Part shown: piece after piece, positions 19,515 through 28,645 of the stretch | Position numbering within the stretch: the first letter of the stretch is position 1 | How the letters are laid out: each line of letters opens with the position of its first letter | NCBI GenBank assembly: GCA_965207225.1 | Contig: CBDBLV010000005.1 | Coordinates: 832,001 to 896,000 of the forward strand | DNA: 64,000 nucleotides | Direction: 5' to 3' | Origin: Dehalococcoidia bacterium | GTDB lineage: Bacteria; Chloroflexota; Dehalococcoidia; Plut-88900 | Made by a program: the position numbers and the translations under genes | The notes under the pieces: generated by a model | What the model saw: only the letters and a program-made list of their open reading frames with translations | Database searches by the model: none | What the model was told of the DNA's origin: nothing

Positions 19515-21464
19515 TCAATACGGTTCTGTGATCCAAGTGAGTTTCCGATTGTCTGAACTCGAATCCAAAAGGTCCCTGAAGTCGCTCTCCCAGAATATCA
19601 GGGAGGCCTGAAGCAGCCCTACGTAGAGTTCATCGAAGCCTGCTTTAAGTAGCTCTTCAACAAACCTATCAAAGTCCCAGAAATCCAAGTCAGGTCGGCT
19701 GGCGTAATCGGCTAGCTCAACGTCCTTCGCCATTGATATGAATAGGCCGGACACGCTCTGGATGGGATCCGCGGTGCCCAATGCCTCCTCAACAACTGAC
19801 CGGTGGGTGTCCACGAGACGCAACGTCTCATAAAATTTGCCGATGTGCTGATCAAGGTCGCGCGCAGAGTCAGATTGTCCCTTAACCTCGATGACCTTGC
19901 ACTCACTTCCGGCGGCGGTGAACCGTATCCCGATCGAATCGATTTCTCTCTTGATATCTGGTGGAAATGTCACATTAAGCGATATTCTTACTTGGGGGTA
20001 GCCGGATTGGGAGAGTAACTGGGCGGAGAGCAACTCAGGGATTGCCCTTCTAATACCCTGCATGATCCTCTCCTGCTTTTTGAATTGATCGAGAAGGCGT
20101 AGGAACGGTCGAGAGTCGCAGAGAGACAACAGACTCTCCACGGGCACGTCGTCCAGGTGAGTCCATTCAATGTCCCTGCCCAACCTCTTCGCAAGGTCGT
20201 TGATTAGGGCAACCCGTTGATCGTCGCTCGGGTTCAGCCCCTCGGCTATATATGGGCGGTCGAACACCCACCATTCCGAGGAGGTACCCGAGGACATGCG
20301 CAGCGCCAACGAGACCTCGTTTGGTTCATTCACCTCCGAACCGTGAACTATCCTCAAGATTTCGATGGGGTGCTTATCTGGAAGCTCAAGTGCAAGACCG
20401 GAGACTATGATTTCGATGTGCCTTCTGCTTGCGGAATCACGCGAAGCGATGAGCTTCGGTCGCTTGCCCAGGAGCGCTGCCAGTCTGTCCACGGGGTCGG
20501 CCAACGTCACTTTAGCGGACAGAGACGGCAGGATTCTGGGTGGCAGCGCCGTGGGCTGTTTCAAGCCGTAGTCCAGCCCCTCAAGGTCTAGGCTGGGAGT
20601 GACCCGAAATATACGCCTTCCGGCTTTCCAACATCTGCCCGGGTCTGAGTTCTGTTGAAGCAGTTTGTGAGGGTTCTCCAGGGCTTCACTCCATTGAGCG
20701 GTCTCTTGAAGAGACACTGTGACAGCGGAGAGCTTTCCTATCAACCAATGGGGCTTGAATTCCGTGTGGTCGTATTCCGGCAACATTCTCATTTGGTCAC
20801 GATGGGTTTGAATGTCGAACATCGACTCGCCCGGCAGTTCCAAGTGCTTCCATTCAGTAGCCTTACGCCTCCCATACCGGAACTTCGGAGAGCCTACGTC
20901 TTCGAACCAGGAGGATTGAAGTAGACCGACCGTGCCCAGGAGAAGAATCTGATCAAGACTTTGATTCTGGCCGCTGTCAGCCCGGCCCGAAACACGGCAG
21001 GTGTGCGCAACTTCCAGGAGTTCATCGGCGATCTGCTCCACCCTTTGGTTTACCTCCGATAACTTCTCCCACGAAACGCCTGCACGAAGATACGCTGTTA
21101 TCACATCATCTATACCACTTGTTACCCTAGCAAGCTCGGAATCCGGATCGGTTAAGGCTGCTCTCAACTTCGTCAGATCGTCTCCCTGAACGATGTTCCA
21201 CCACCTGTATAGATGGTAGTCCGGCTCCAATCCGAGAAGTCCCGGAGAGTAGATGATTCCATCGAGGAGGCCCCATAGTCCGGACTGGACGACAAGCTTA
21301 TAGCCAAGGGCCAAGTCATTCTCCTTTACCCCGGTTTCTGAAAAAACATGGTTACGTATCTCCAGCATGCGGTCGAATGCTGTTACGCTGCATAAAGACT
21401 TAATCAGCATCGCATTCGACATTAGTTTGAGGCGGTCGGCTTGGGTCAGTCGGTCTTCAATCAT
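19515..21464 (-). CDS. Hypothetical protein with a C-terminal PD-(D/E)XK restriction-endonuclease-like domain
   Basis: ELLSAQLL...REIDSIGIR...KVIEVKG motif near the C-terminus. Confidence 0.65.
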   Translation of the reverse strand: MIEDRLTQADRLKLMSNAMLIKSLCSVTAFDRMLEIRNHVFSETGVKENDLALGYKLVVQSGLWGLLDGIIYSPGLLGLEPDYHLYRWWNIVQGDDLTKLRAALTDPDSELARVTSGIDDVITAYLRAGVSWEKLSEVNQRVEQIADELLEVAHTCRVSGRADSGQNQSLDQILLLGTVGLLQSSWFEDVGSPKFRYGRRKATEWKHLELPGESMFDIQTHRDQMRMLPEYDHTEFKPHWLIGKLSAVTVSLQETAQWSEALENPHKLLQQNSDPGRCWKAGRRIFRVTPSLDLEGLDYGLKQPTALPPRILPSLSAKVTLADPVDRLAALLGKRPKLIASRDSASRRHIEIIVSGLALELPDKHPIEILRIVHGSEVNEPNEVSLALRMSSGTSSEWWVFDRPYIAEGLNPSDDQRVALINDLAKRLGRDIEWTHLDDVPVESLLSLCDSRPFLRLLDQFKKQERIMQGIRRAIPELLSAQLLSQSGYPQVRISLNVTFPPDIKREIDSIGIRFTAAGSECKVIEVKGQSDSARDLDQHIGKFYETLRLVDTHRSVVEEALGTADPIQSVSGLFISMAKDVELADYASRPDLDFWDFDRFVEELLKAGFDELYVGLLQASLIFWESDFRDLLDSSSDNRKLTWITEPY

Positions 21465-21938
21465 TCGGGCTCTCCAAACTTGACGTTAACTGCCTATTCG
21501 CTGGCTTTATTGGAACAGATCCATGGCATGCAGGTTTACCGGCTCCAGCAACAGATAGTTTACCCATACCCGTTGCTTTTGGACTCCAAAAGGCCTGCCT
21601 GCCCTGTTTGGTAAGGCAGGGCGCTACACCAGGCGTCCCGGTCAGTTTGCGGTGGCGGATACGAGGAGGAGGCCGGTGTCGGCGTATTCGGTGAGCCAGT
21701 CTCTGCCGTCCACGTGGTAATTCGTCCCGTTCGCTAGCGACCAGCCTACCCCGGACGACAGTCCCACAGAGGGGGCGGACTCTACGGAAGTCGTCCTAAA
21801 CGGACGAGTTATGAGTACAGTATGCGGTGGTGGCCTAAACACCCGTTTGTCCACCTGACTGGGGCTGACGGTCCATATGAATAGCCCTACGATGTTCACG
21901 AAGTATTTCCACTGAGATCTAGAACATCGTGAGGTCAT

Positions 21939-22817
21939 ATGAACACTTCAGCCCAAGTCCCGTCAGTTAATTTCCACCTATGGAAGCCCTGCAATATGAA
22001 GTGCAGATTCTGCTTCGCCACTTTCCAGGATGTCGGGCACGTAGTCATGCCTAGCGGACACCTACCCCGCGAAGCGTCCATAGCTGTCGTGGAGGCACTG
22101 GCCGAGGCCGGCTTCGACAAAATCAATTTCGCCGGTGGGGAGCCCATCCTTTGCCCATGGCTACCTGATTTGATACGGCGAGCCCGAGAATTGGGGCTCA
22201 CCACCTCCATAGTCACTAACGGCAGTTTCATCACGCCTGAATGGATGGATCGTGTAGATGGCTGTCTGGACTGGGCGGCGGTAAGCATAGACACGGTGGA
22301 TCCGGAAAAGTTGATGCGCATGGGGAGAAGCACGCGCACCGGTCCAATGAGCGAGGCCGACTACCTGCGGGTCATGGATATGCTCAGACAGCGCGGCATT
22401 CGACTGAAGGTCAATACTGTGGTGACGAGGATAAACTACAATGAGGAATTGGCTGGTTTCATAGCCAAAGCCGGGCCGGAACGCTGGAAACTACTTCAAG
22501 TGCTGCCCGTCAGGGGCCAGAATGATGGATCGGTGGACAGCATGGTGATCACCAGCGAAGAATTCGCCCGCTACGTAGCACGAAATCGATACGTGGAGTC
22601 TAGGGGCATTGTGGTGGTGCCGGAAAGCAATGATCTGATGACCGGCAGCTACGTGATGATCGACCCGGCTGGACGCTTCTTCGACAATGTGGCCGGTACT
22701 CATGTCTACAGCCGCCCCATTAACCAGGTTGGTGTCGAAGCGGCGTTGAGGCAGGTATCGATCGACACAGACAAGTTCAAGTTGCGGGGTGGTCTGTATG
22801 AATGGCAAAGAGCCTGA
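21939..22817 (+). CDS. Prokaryotic viperin (radical SAM antiviral ddhNTP synthase)
   Basis: SVNFHLWKPCNMKCRFCFATF, KINFAGGEP, SIVTNGS, KVNTVV, RWKLLQ, ESNDLMTGSYVMIDPAGRF, RGGLYEW: all viperin hallmarks. Confidence 0.93.
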   Translation: MNTSAQVPSVNFHLWKPCNMKCRFCFATFQDVGHVVMPSGHLPREASIAVVEALAEAGFDKINFAGGEPILCPWLPDLIRRARELGLTTSIVTNGSFITPEWMDRVDGCLDWAAVSIDTVDPEKLMRMGRSTRTGPMSEADYLRVMDMLRQRGIRLKVNTVVTRINYNEELAGFIAKAGPERWKLLQVLPVRGQNDGSVDSMVITSEEFARYVARNRYVESRGIVVVPESNDLMTGSYVMIDPAGRFFDNVAGTHVYSRPINQVGVEAALRQVSIDTDKFKLRGGLYEWQRA

Positions 22818-22824
22818 GGACTAT

Positions 22825-25383
22825 ATGACTGAACACGAGGTGATGCCCCACCTTCCCACTAGCGGCCAAATACTGGGAGCAATAGTCACAAGACTGGGCA
22901 TCAAACACACCCAATTCCAGAGTCGGACGGCCCGCCGTTACTTCTCAGCCGATTTGGAACACCTCGTTAAGGATTCCTCCAGGGACAAGATCATAGCAAC
23001 GATCGCTGAAGTGCTAACCCGCTCCGGGCTGGTTGCGGCGCCGCAGGAAGAAGTGGACGACTACAGGCAATCTGCGTTGGCCTCCATGCTCCGTTGGCAT
23101 GCCGACCATTGGGACCTGCTGCGGTCGTTCGTTCGCCGTAGGACAATGAGAGTCCTGCCCGGTAACTTGCCAAAGGTGTGGGAGGCATACGTCAGGCTCG
23201 CCATCATCGACCTTGCCCTTAGAGTATCCGCCTATCTGCATCTTGCCGGATCGTCCCCAGCAGCAATGGATTTCCTCGCCTGGGCGAGCCATACAGGTCG
23301 AGGTGGCTATCTCAACCAAAAGCGTCGGCAGACTTCTCTCTCCCTTGAAGAGTTTGCAGAGGCTGTAGGCGTGACAGACAACACCGTCGATGCCTGGATG
23401 TATCACGGTGCTCGGCCGTCCAGTGACAACCTCGCGAAGATAGCCGAGACGCTGGCTAACGAAATTCCAGATTCAAATGCAGCGGACATTGCCCTTGAAC
23501 TGCGGGCCCTGTACTGGGTCAGTGACGTCGCCGCTCTGTTGTCCGAGCACATCGGAGGCCGGGCTACAGAAAAGGTCATCGGGCAATTGCGCCGGTACGC
23601 TGAAGCAACCTATCGTGCAATAGAAGAACAGTTTTCGACCGAAAACCGGTCTGAAGACCTCACGGTGCTGGCGGACTTGGGAGTTGGCGCCCGCCTTGCG
23701 AGACCCCTGCTGGCTTCATTAATCGAACACGAGCCGGATGACGGATGGCGGGAAGATCTTCGGGCCACTGGAATGGACTGGGTCCGACGCGTCCTCTCGG
23801 TAAATCTGGACGTTCACCTTGTGGAGGTGGACGACCTCATCCGTAAGACTGATGGGCGTTTTCTTGACGATTGGGATGTTAGCAACCCCGAGGCTTATGC
23901 TCATTACCGGCGTTCCATGGAACTGCGGATGCAGGGGAAACTCCACGAGGCCCTGGCCGAGGTCGAGATTGCTGTCCGGCTAGACCCCCTGGATCCGGCG
24001 AATCACTGTACGCTGGGGTCAGTGAAGACGGGCATAGGCATTGCACGTGAGGATACGGCTCTTATCAAAGAGGGCCTGAATGCATTGTGGCTGGCGGTGA
24101 CGCTTGACCCCAACTGGATCCTCCCATGGACCGAAATCGGCTTGGTGCTACACCATACCGACAGGTCGGCGGAAGCTGTAGAGCACCTGCGAAACGTGAA
24201 TCCGGAACGCGGACCTCTGGATTCGAAATACTACAGCGCACTAGGGGCTGCATACTGGAAGCTGGGTGAGCTGCCCGAAGCCTTGGCAGCGTTCGAGACG
24301 TCACTCGAACTGGACCCTGAGGAGACTTCCGCTTTGCTGGCAGCATCAGAGCTCGCCTTTTTGATTGGCGACGACGAAAAGCACCGGCGGTATCTCAAAG
24401 GGGCCAGGCATTTCGGAGCGGACGAAGACACCCTCAGAGTTTGGGAACTGCTGCGGCAGTTCGGAGAGAAGGGTCAGGACAAGGCTGAAACGGCCGAGCA
24501 TGACCGGAAAATCGCCATCATGGATGCAGTCATCAAGCTAAACCCTGGCGATGACTATGCCTACTTCGCCAGAGGCCGGTCGCATTTCGCCAAGGGTGAC
24601 GAAGACCTTGCCATTGCGGATTTGGACGCCGTTCTACGGTTGAATCCCGACCATGCGGGGGCCCATCTGATACGGGGCGTTCTGATGGGAAACCGGGGAC
24701 AGTGGAAACGTGTGATCACTGACATGACGGAACTTATCCGGCTCAGACCTGATGACCCTGAGGCCTACTATCGTCGGGGCATGGCCTATGGCGAACTGGA
24801 CCTGTTGGATGAGTCGCTAGTCGATTTGTGCGAAGCCATCCGCCTTAAACCCGATCATGCCGAAGCCCACCGTTCCCGAGGTGATTGCCTTCGTTACAAG
24901 GGAGAATACGATAAGGCAATCGTAGACTTCGATGTCGCACTAGAACTCGACCCGAAGAATGCAGCGGCATACATAGGCCGCGGAGCAGCATACCGCATGA
25001 AGGGTGATCTCGACCTGGCCATTGCAGACTACGACGCAACGTTGCGTCTCAAACCCCGAGACCCGCTTGCTTATAGGTTTCGCGGAGATGCCCACACTGC
25101 CAACAGGAACTACGAGCAGGCTATCTCAGACTGCGACATGGCGCTGAAGCTCAGACCTTGCGACCAGATAGCCTACTTCACTCGCGGCAATGCCCATCTA
25201 TTCAGTGGAAGACTTGAATCGGCGTTAGCGGATTTCAATGCGGCAATTGAACTCGAGCCCGTCAGCGGGCGGTTCATTCATGGCCGTGGGGTAGTTCGCG
25301 AATTGTTGGGCGATGGACAAAGCGCTGGTGAGGACTATCAAAAGGCCAGAGATCTGGGGTACAACGTTGACGATATCGAATAG
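22825..25383 (+). CDS. XRE-type HTH + multi-TPR protein
   Basis: HTH segment SLEEFAEAVGVTDNTVDAWMYHGARPS; more than 10 TPRs (A..RG....GD...AI.D....L.L.P). Likely start ATG 22825, whose GAGGA RBS overlaps the viperin stop. Confidence 0.85.
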   Translation: MTEHEVMPHLPTSGQILGAIVTRLGIKHTQFQSRTARRYFSADLEHLVKDSSRDKIIATIAEVLTRSGLVAAPQEEVDDYRQSALASMLRWHADHWDLLRSFVRRRTMRVLPGNLPKVWEAYVRLAIIDLALRVSAYLHLAGSSPAAMDFLAWASHTGRGGYLNQKRRQTSLSLEEFAEAVGVTDNTVDAWMYHGARPSSDNLAKIAETLANEIPDSNAADIALELRALYWVSDVAALLSEHIGGRATEKVIGQLRRYAEATYRAIEEQFSTENRSEDLTVLADLGVGARLARPLLASLIEHEPDDGWREDLRATGMDWVRRVLSVNLDVHLVEVDDLIRKTDGRFLDDWDVSNPEAYAHYRRSMELRMQGKLHEALAEVEIAVRLDPLDPANHCTLGSVKTGIGIAREDTALIKEGLNALWLAVTLDPNWILPWTEIGLVLHHTDRSAEAVEHLRNVNPERGPLDSKYYSALGAAYWKLGELPEALAAFETSLELDPEETSALLAASELAFLIGDDEKHRRYLKGARHFGADEDTLRVWELLRQFGEKGQDKAETAEHDRKIAIMDAVIKLNPGDDYAYFARGRSHFAKGDEDLAIADLDAVLRLNPDHAGAHLIRGVLMGNRGQWKRVITDMTELIRLRPDDPEAYYRRGMAYGELDLLDESLVDLCEAIRLKPDHAEAHRSRGDCLRYKGEYDKAIVDFDVALELDPKNAAAYIGRGAAYRMKGDLDLAIADYDATLRLKPRDPLAYRFRGDAHTANRNYEQAISDCDMALKLRPCDQIAYFTRGNAHLFSGRLESALADFNAAIELEPVSGRFIHGRGVVRELLGDGQSAGEDYQKARDLGYNVDDIE

Positions 25384-25800
25384 AAAAATGGAAACATTAC
25401 CTGTCGCAAACTGCGCCTGCTTGACCCTTTTGAAATAAGAAAACTCGCTGGGATGTAAACGGATACTGCGTACACGAATTATCCGATTTCGTTGATGGTG
25501 AAGGTGGCCTCTCCCGTGGAGGGACTTGAAGACATGGTGCTGGAGCCAGAAGCTGTCGGAAGGAAAGGTGATGGGGGTTAGCCTGGAGCCTATCCGGTTC
25601 GGTAGAAATGACCGCTCCGAAAAGACCGAATAGGAAGAGGAATGGCCGCCGCGAAGCTGCACCTGGGCTGTTGCATCCGCTACTAACAACACTCCCACTA
25701 GCCAAGCAGGCAATGCTGCATCACCGTGTTACAGTGATTCCCCCGATGGAGTGTTTAGATCATCAGCCTCCAGGAGCTCCATTCGTGTAGTGTAATTCGT

Positions 25801-26211
25801 GTCGATAGCCTCGGTCTTAGCGACACCAGATGGGGTTCGGAGTCGGTGTTGGACTGGTCAACTTTGTCGGTCTGAGTGGACGCGGTAGTGTCAGTTGTCA
25901 AAGACGGAACGCAATCCCCTACGTTGGCGGAAAATTATTCGGGGTAATTCCGTTCCAGGCTCTAGCTCAGCGAAAGCTGAGCAACGTACACGGTGATGAC
26001 TCACAATCGCGCCTGAACGGGATTATAGGATCCGATCAGAGCCCGAATTGGAGGGCGGAGCCATCCCTAGTCGAGAGGTAGCTCCTTCACGGGAACGTCC
26101 ACGACAACGGATAGGCTCTTATCAGAAGACTCTCGGAATGAAGGGGGTCGGATTCTGACATGGATCCCGGCTGGGAGAAGAGGCAGTACCCCGACTGCAC
26201 TCATCTCCTAG
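25801..26211 (+). ncRNA. Putative large structured non-coding RNA (unassigned family)
   Basis: Multiple nested helices rich in G-U pairs on the + strand, a GAAA-tetraloop hairpin (25965-25982), and a candidate pseudoknot (loop 26188-26193 with 25940-25945). No credible ORF. Confidence 0.6.
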
Positions 26212-26213
26212 AC

Positions 26214-26301
26214 ATGGGGATCGGGGAAAGGCAGACGCGCTGCACTTGGAATGCAGTTGCCATTCGTGTCCGTAGGGGTTCGAGTCCCCTCACCCTCACC
26301 A
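26214..26301 (+). tRNA. tRNA-like element: class II (Leu-like) body, anticodon TGG (Pro), degenerate acceptor/D stem
   Basis: GGCAGACGC D-loop region, CTGCA-CTTGGAA-TGCAG anticodon arm, ~17-nt variable region, AGGGG-TTCGAGT-CCCCT T-arm, 3' ACCA. Confidence 0.7.
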
Positions 26302-26359
26302 CCTCTCATGATAAACTTCCCTCGCAATACCGATGCATGCTTAGAAGGGGACTGTAAAG

Positions 26360-26638
26360 ATGACTGATGATTCGCTCAAACTCTTCCAAGACGCACTGCA
26401 GAACGATATCCCCATGTCCAAGCTTCCTACTAGGACTCTAGCCGCCTTCTTCGTATCTGTAGCTCACGCTGCCGTGGAGACCGATGCAGAAACGTTTATG
26501 AGTCATCTAAGTCAAGCCATCGTGAAGGCGCATCAAAAATATCCGAAAATTCTTGTAGACGACGAGAAACCACTTCTAAAGCTCCTTGAAATGCTTCAGG
26601 AGACAGTCGAGGACTTAAGTCGCCGCCGGCCTTCCTAA
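26360..26638 (+). CDS. Hypothetical helical protein
   Basis: 92-aa ORF with AGGGG RBS; no recognised motif. Confidence 0.55.
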   Translation: MTDDSLKLFQDALQNDIPMSKLPTRTLAAFFVSVAHAAVETDAETFMSHLSQAIVKAHQKYPKILVDDEKPLLKLLEMLQETVEDLSRRRPS

Positions 26639-26797
26639 TTTCTTCGAGCATCACTCTAATCTCTTGCTTCCGGTGTCCTATCGCACATTAGCCCCTTTTT
26701 TCGCGCTGGTACCTCAGCTGGTCATACGCGATTTACTGGAACTCAGTTACACCCGCAGACTCCACCAGTGGTATCCTGCTGGTAGAATGGCCCTACT

Positions 26798-27328
26798 GTG
26801 AATATACGAATTGCTGGGATGTCAGACTATCCACCAGCTTGGGCCCAACTCCTGACCGATAGGCCAGTCGAGCAATTTCTGCGTCGAGCAGTCATATACA
26901 CGCATGAGATCGACTACCTGGTTTTGGTATCCCCCTTCATTGGGCCACTTAAGGGAGTCTCTCCGAGCATGTCGAGGTTGATAAAGAGGATTGAAAGAGA
27001 CCGAATCCCCACCTATGTCGTCACTAATGAGCCAGATAAGCCTTCCCAGCAGAAGGCGGTTGACATGCTCTCAAAATGCCGCTACACGGAGATCCGTTAC
27101 AACGCTTCCTTGCACGCGAAAGTTTACGTTTGCAAGGCACGCCAAAATGGGTTCGCGATGCTAGGATCTGGAAACTTAACAGCAACCTCGATTTCAAAAA
27201 AGATTGAAGTGGGCATTATGATCAGAGATAAAGGACCGGGAGTCTACGTCTTCAACGACTTATGGCGGTGGGGGTCTCACAGACTCCGCACACTAAGCGA
27301 AAGTAAATTGATCAAGGGCATGTCCTGA
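26798..27328 (+). CDS. Stand-alone phospholipase D-family (HKD) nuclease
   Basis: VSPFI, LHAKVY, GSGNLT, IEVGI motifs. Confidence 0.85.
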   Translation: MNIRIAGMSDYPPAWAQLLTDRPVEQFLRRAVIYTHEIDYLVLVSPFIGPLKGVSPSMSRLIKRIERDRIPTYVVTNEPDKPSQQKAVDMLSKCRYTEIRYNASLHAKVYVCKARQNGFAMLGSGNLTATSISKKIEVGIMIRDKGPGVYVFNDLWRWGSHRLRTLSESKLIKGMS

Positions 27329-27482
27329 GAGTGGGCCCACGGGAGATATCCGCATTGTAGAAGGTCTCCTATCATTTTATGCGGCAGTAGCCACTACACC
27401 TGTAGGTCTCGAAATCCAAACCCAGTGACCTCATTTTCTGGAAAAGCACTAATCTCAGATGAAAACACAGGAGGATCGTTAA

Positions 27483-28643
27483 GTGGAATTTAAAGACTGG
27501 TTTTGCCTTAATGCACGTGACAGCTTCACGATAGACCCTTTGATCTATCCCTCCGACGACCGGTTCTACTTTGGACGGTCAGACATCAAATCTAGGCTAT
27601 TTGCCCAAATCAAAAGGTCTTTCATCGATCCCGGTGTGCCAAAAGTAGTGCTCTTCGGTGCCTACGGTACAGGTAAGACCCAGACTCTGCACCATATCGA
27701 TCATTACCTGAAGACATCTCCCCCTAAATCGCTCCGCCACAAGCCTAGAGCAGTGCACGTCGTCCTTGAGATGAGTAGCAAGTCCTCCTACAGGGAATGG
27801 CACCTCCAGTTACTGGAGGCATTGTCTCGGGACACGGTTACCACATGGGTGGAGAGAGCGTTTGAGAAGGCACCAGACTGGGACGAGTTCTTGAAGAGGA
27901 CACTAAACGACCCGAACCTAATCCAGGCCGTGAAAAACCTCCGAGGAGGAGGGGAGCCGCCCCTCACAGCTTGGAAATGGCTTACAGGCCAGAAGCTCTC
28001 CGCAGCGGAACTGCAGCGGCTTAACTTGACCAGGAGCCTGGGTGACGTTGGGTCTGGCGATTTGGTGAATGCCATCGTAGCACTGGGTAGACTAGCCACA
28101 GAGAGCAGCGGTGAGAAGTTGATACTCCTAATGGATGAGGCCGAGTCGTTTAGCCGCATACGAGACGTAGATGCAGTCGAGTCAGTCCACAACTATCTGC
28201 GCCGCTTAGCAGATCAACAGAACTCGTCACTTGGGTTCGTGATTTCCACTTTTGCCAATATTGAAGACGACATGCCGGACATAATCCAGCGGGCAGACGT
28301 CAGGTCGAGGATAGGCGCCAGCAACTACCTCGAGATCCCACCACTGCCCGGTGTCGAGGATGTCAAGGCCTTCCTTGAGGAGCTATTGCAGGAGCTGATA
28401 GACCAGGATATGGCAGAGGCACGGATCCAAGAGAAAGGCTTGAGTTCTACCCGGGAGACCTACCCGTTCGACGCTGAGGGGTTCGGCCTACTTTGTGACT
28501 ATGCGTCGCAAGACCCTGTAAAGGCACTCCCGCGGAACATTATTCACGCAGTGAACGAGTGTGCCATCTCCGCATGGGACCTGGAGAGTCTAGTGATTGA
28601 TAGCACTATCATTAATGAAGTAGCACCTCTAGTCTTTTCCTAG
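27483..28643 (+). CDS. P-loop AAA+-type ATPase 1
   Basis: Walker A GAYGTGKT, Walker B LLMDEAE, putative arginine finger DVRSRI, YPF...PRNII lid. Confidence 0.85.
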   Translation: MEFKDWFCLNARDSFTIDPLIYPSDDRFYFGRSDIKSRLFAQIKRSFIDPGVPKVVLFGAYGTGKTQTLHHIDHYLKTSPPKSLRHKPRAVHVVLEMSSKSSYREWHLQLLEALSRDTVTTWVERAFEKAPDWDEFLKRTLNDPNLIQAVKNLRGGGEPPLTAWKWLTGQKLSAAELQRLNLTRSLGDVGSGDLVNAIVALGRLATESSGEKLILLMDEAESFSRIRDVDAVESVHNYLRRLADQQNSSLGFVISTFANIEDDMPDIIQRADVRSRIGASNYLEIPPLPGVEDVKAFLEELLQELIDQDMAEARIQEKGLSSTRETYPFDAEGFGLLCDYASQDPVKALPRNIIHAVNECAISAWDLESLVIDSTIINEVAPLVFS

Positions 28644-28645
28644 AG

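Noticed and set aside
21889-21930. LexA/SOS box upstream of viperin
   Set aside because: Half-sites are in the opposite order (GTTC...GAAC) with a 24-nt spacer, not GAAC-N4-GTTC
25801-26301. tmRNA, RNase P, group I/II intron or retron msr-msd as the identity of the structured RNA
   Set aside because: No Ala-type acceptor (G3-U70, CTCCACCA), no GAGGAAAGTCC, no group II domain V or clear P7 motifs, and no reverse transcriptase in the window. A covariance-model search is still needed to exclude divergent forms.
25830-26357. ORFs 25830..26081 and 26160..26357
   Set aside because: No RBS or protein-like features; they overlap the structured RNA and tRNA-like element
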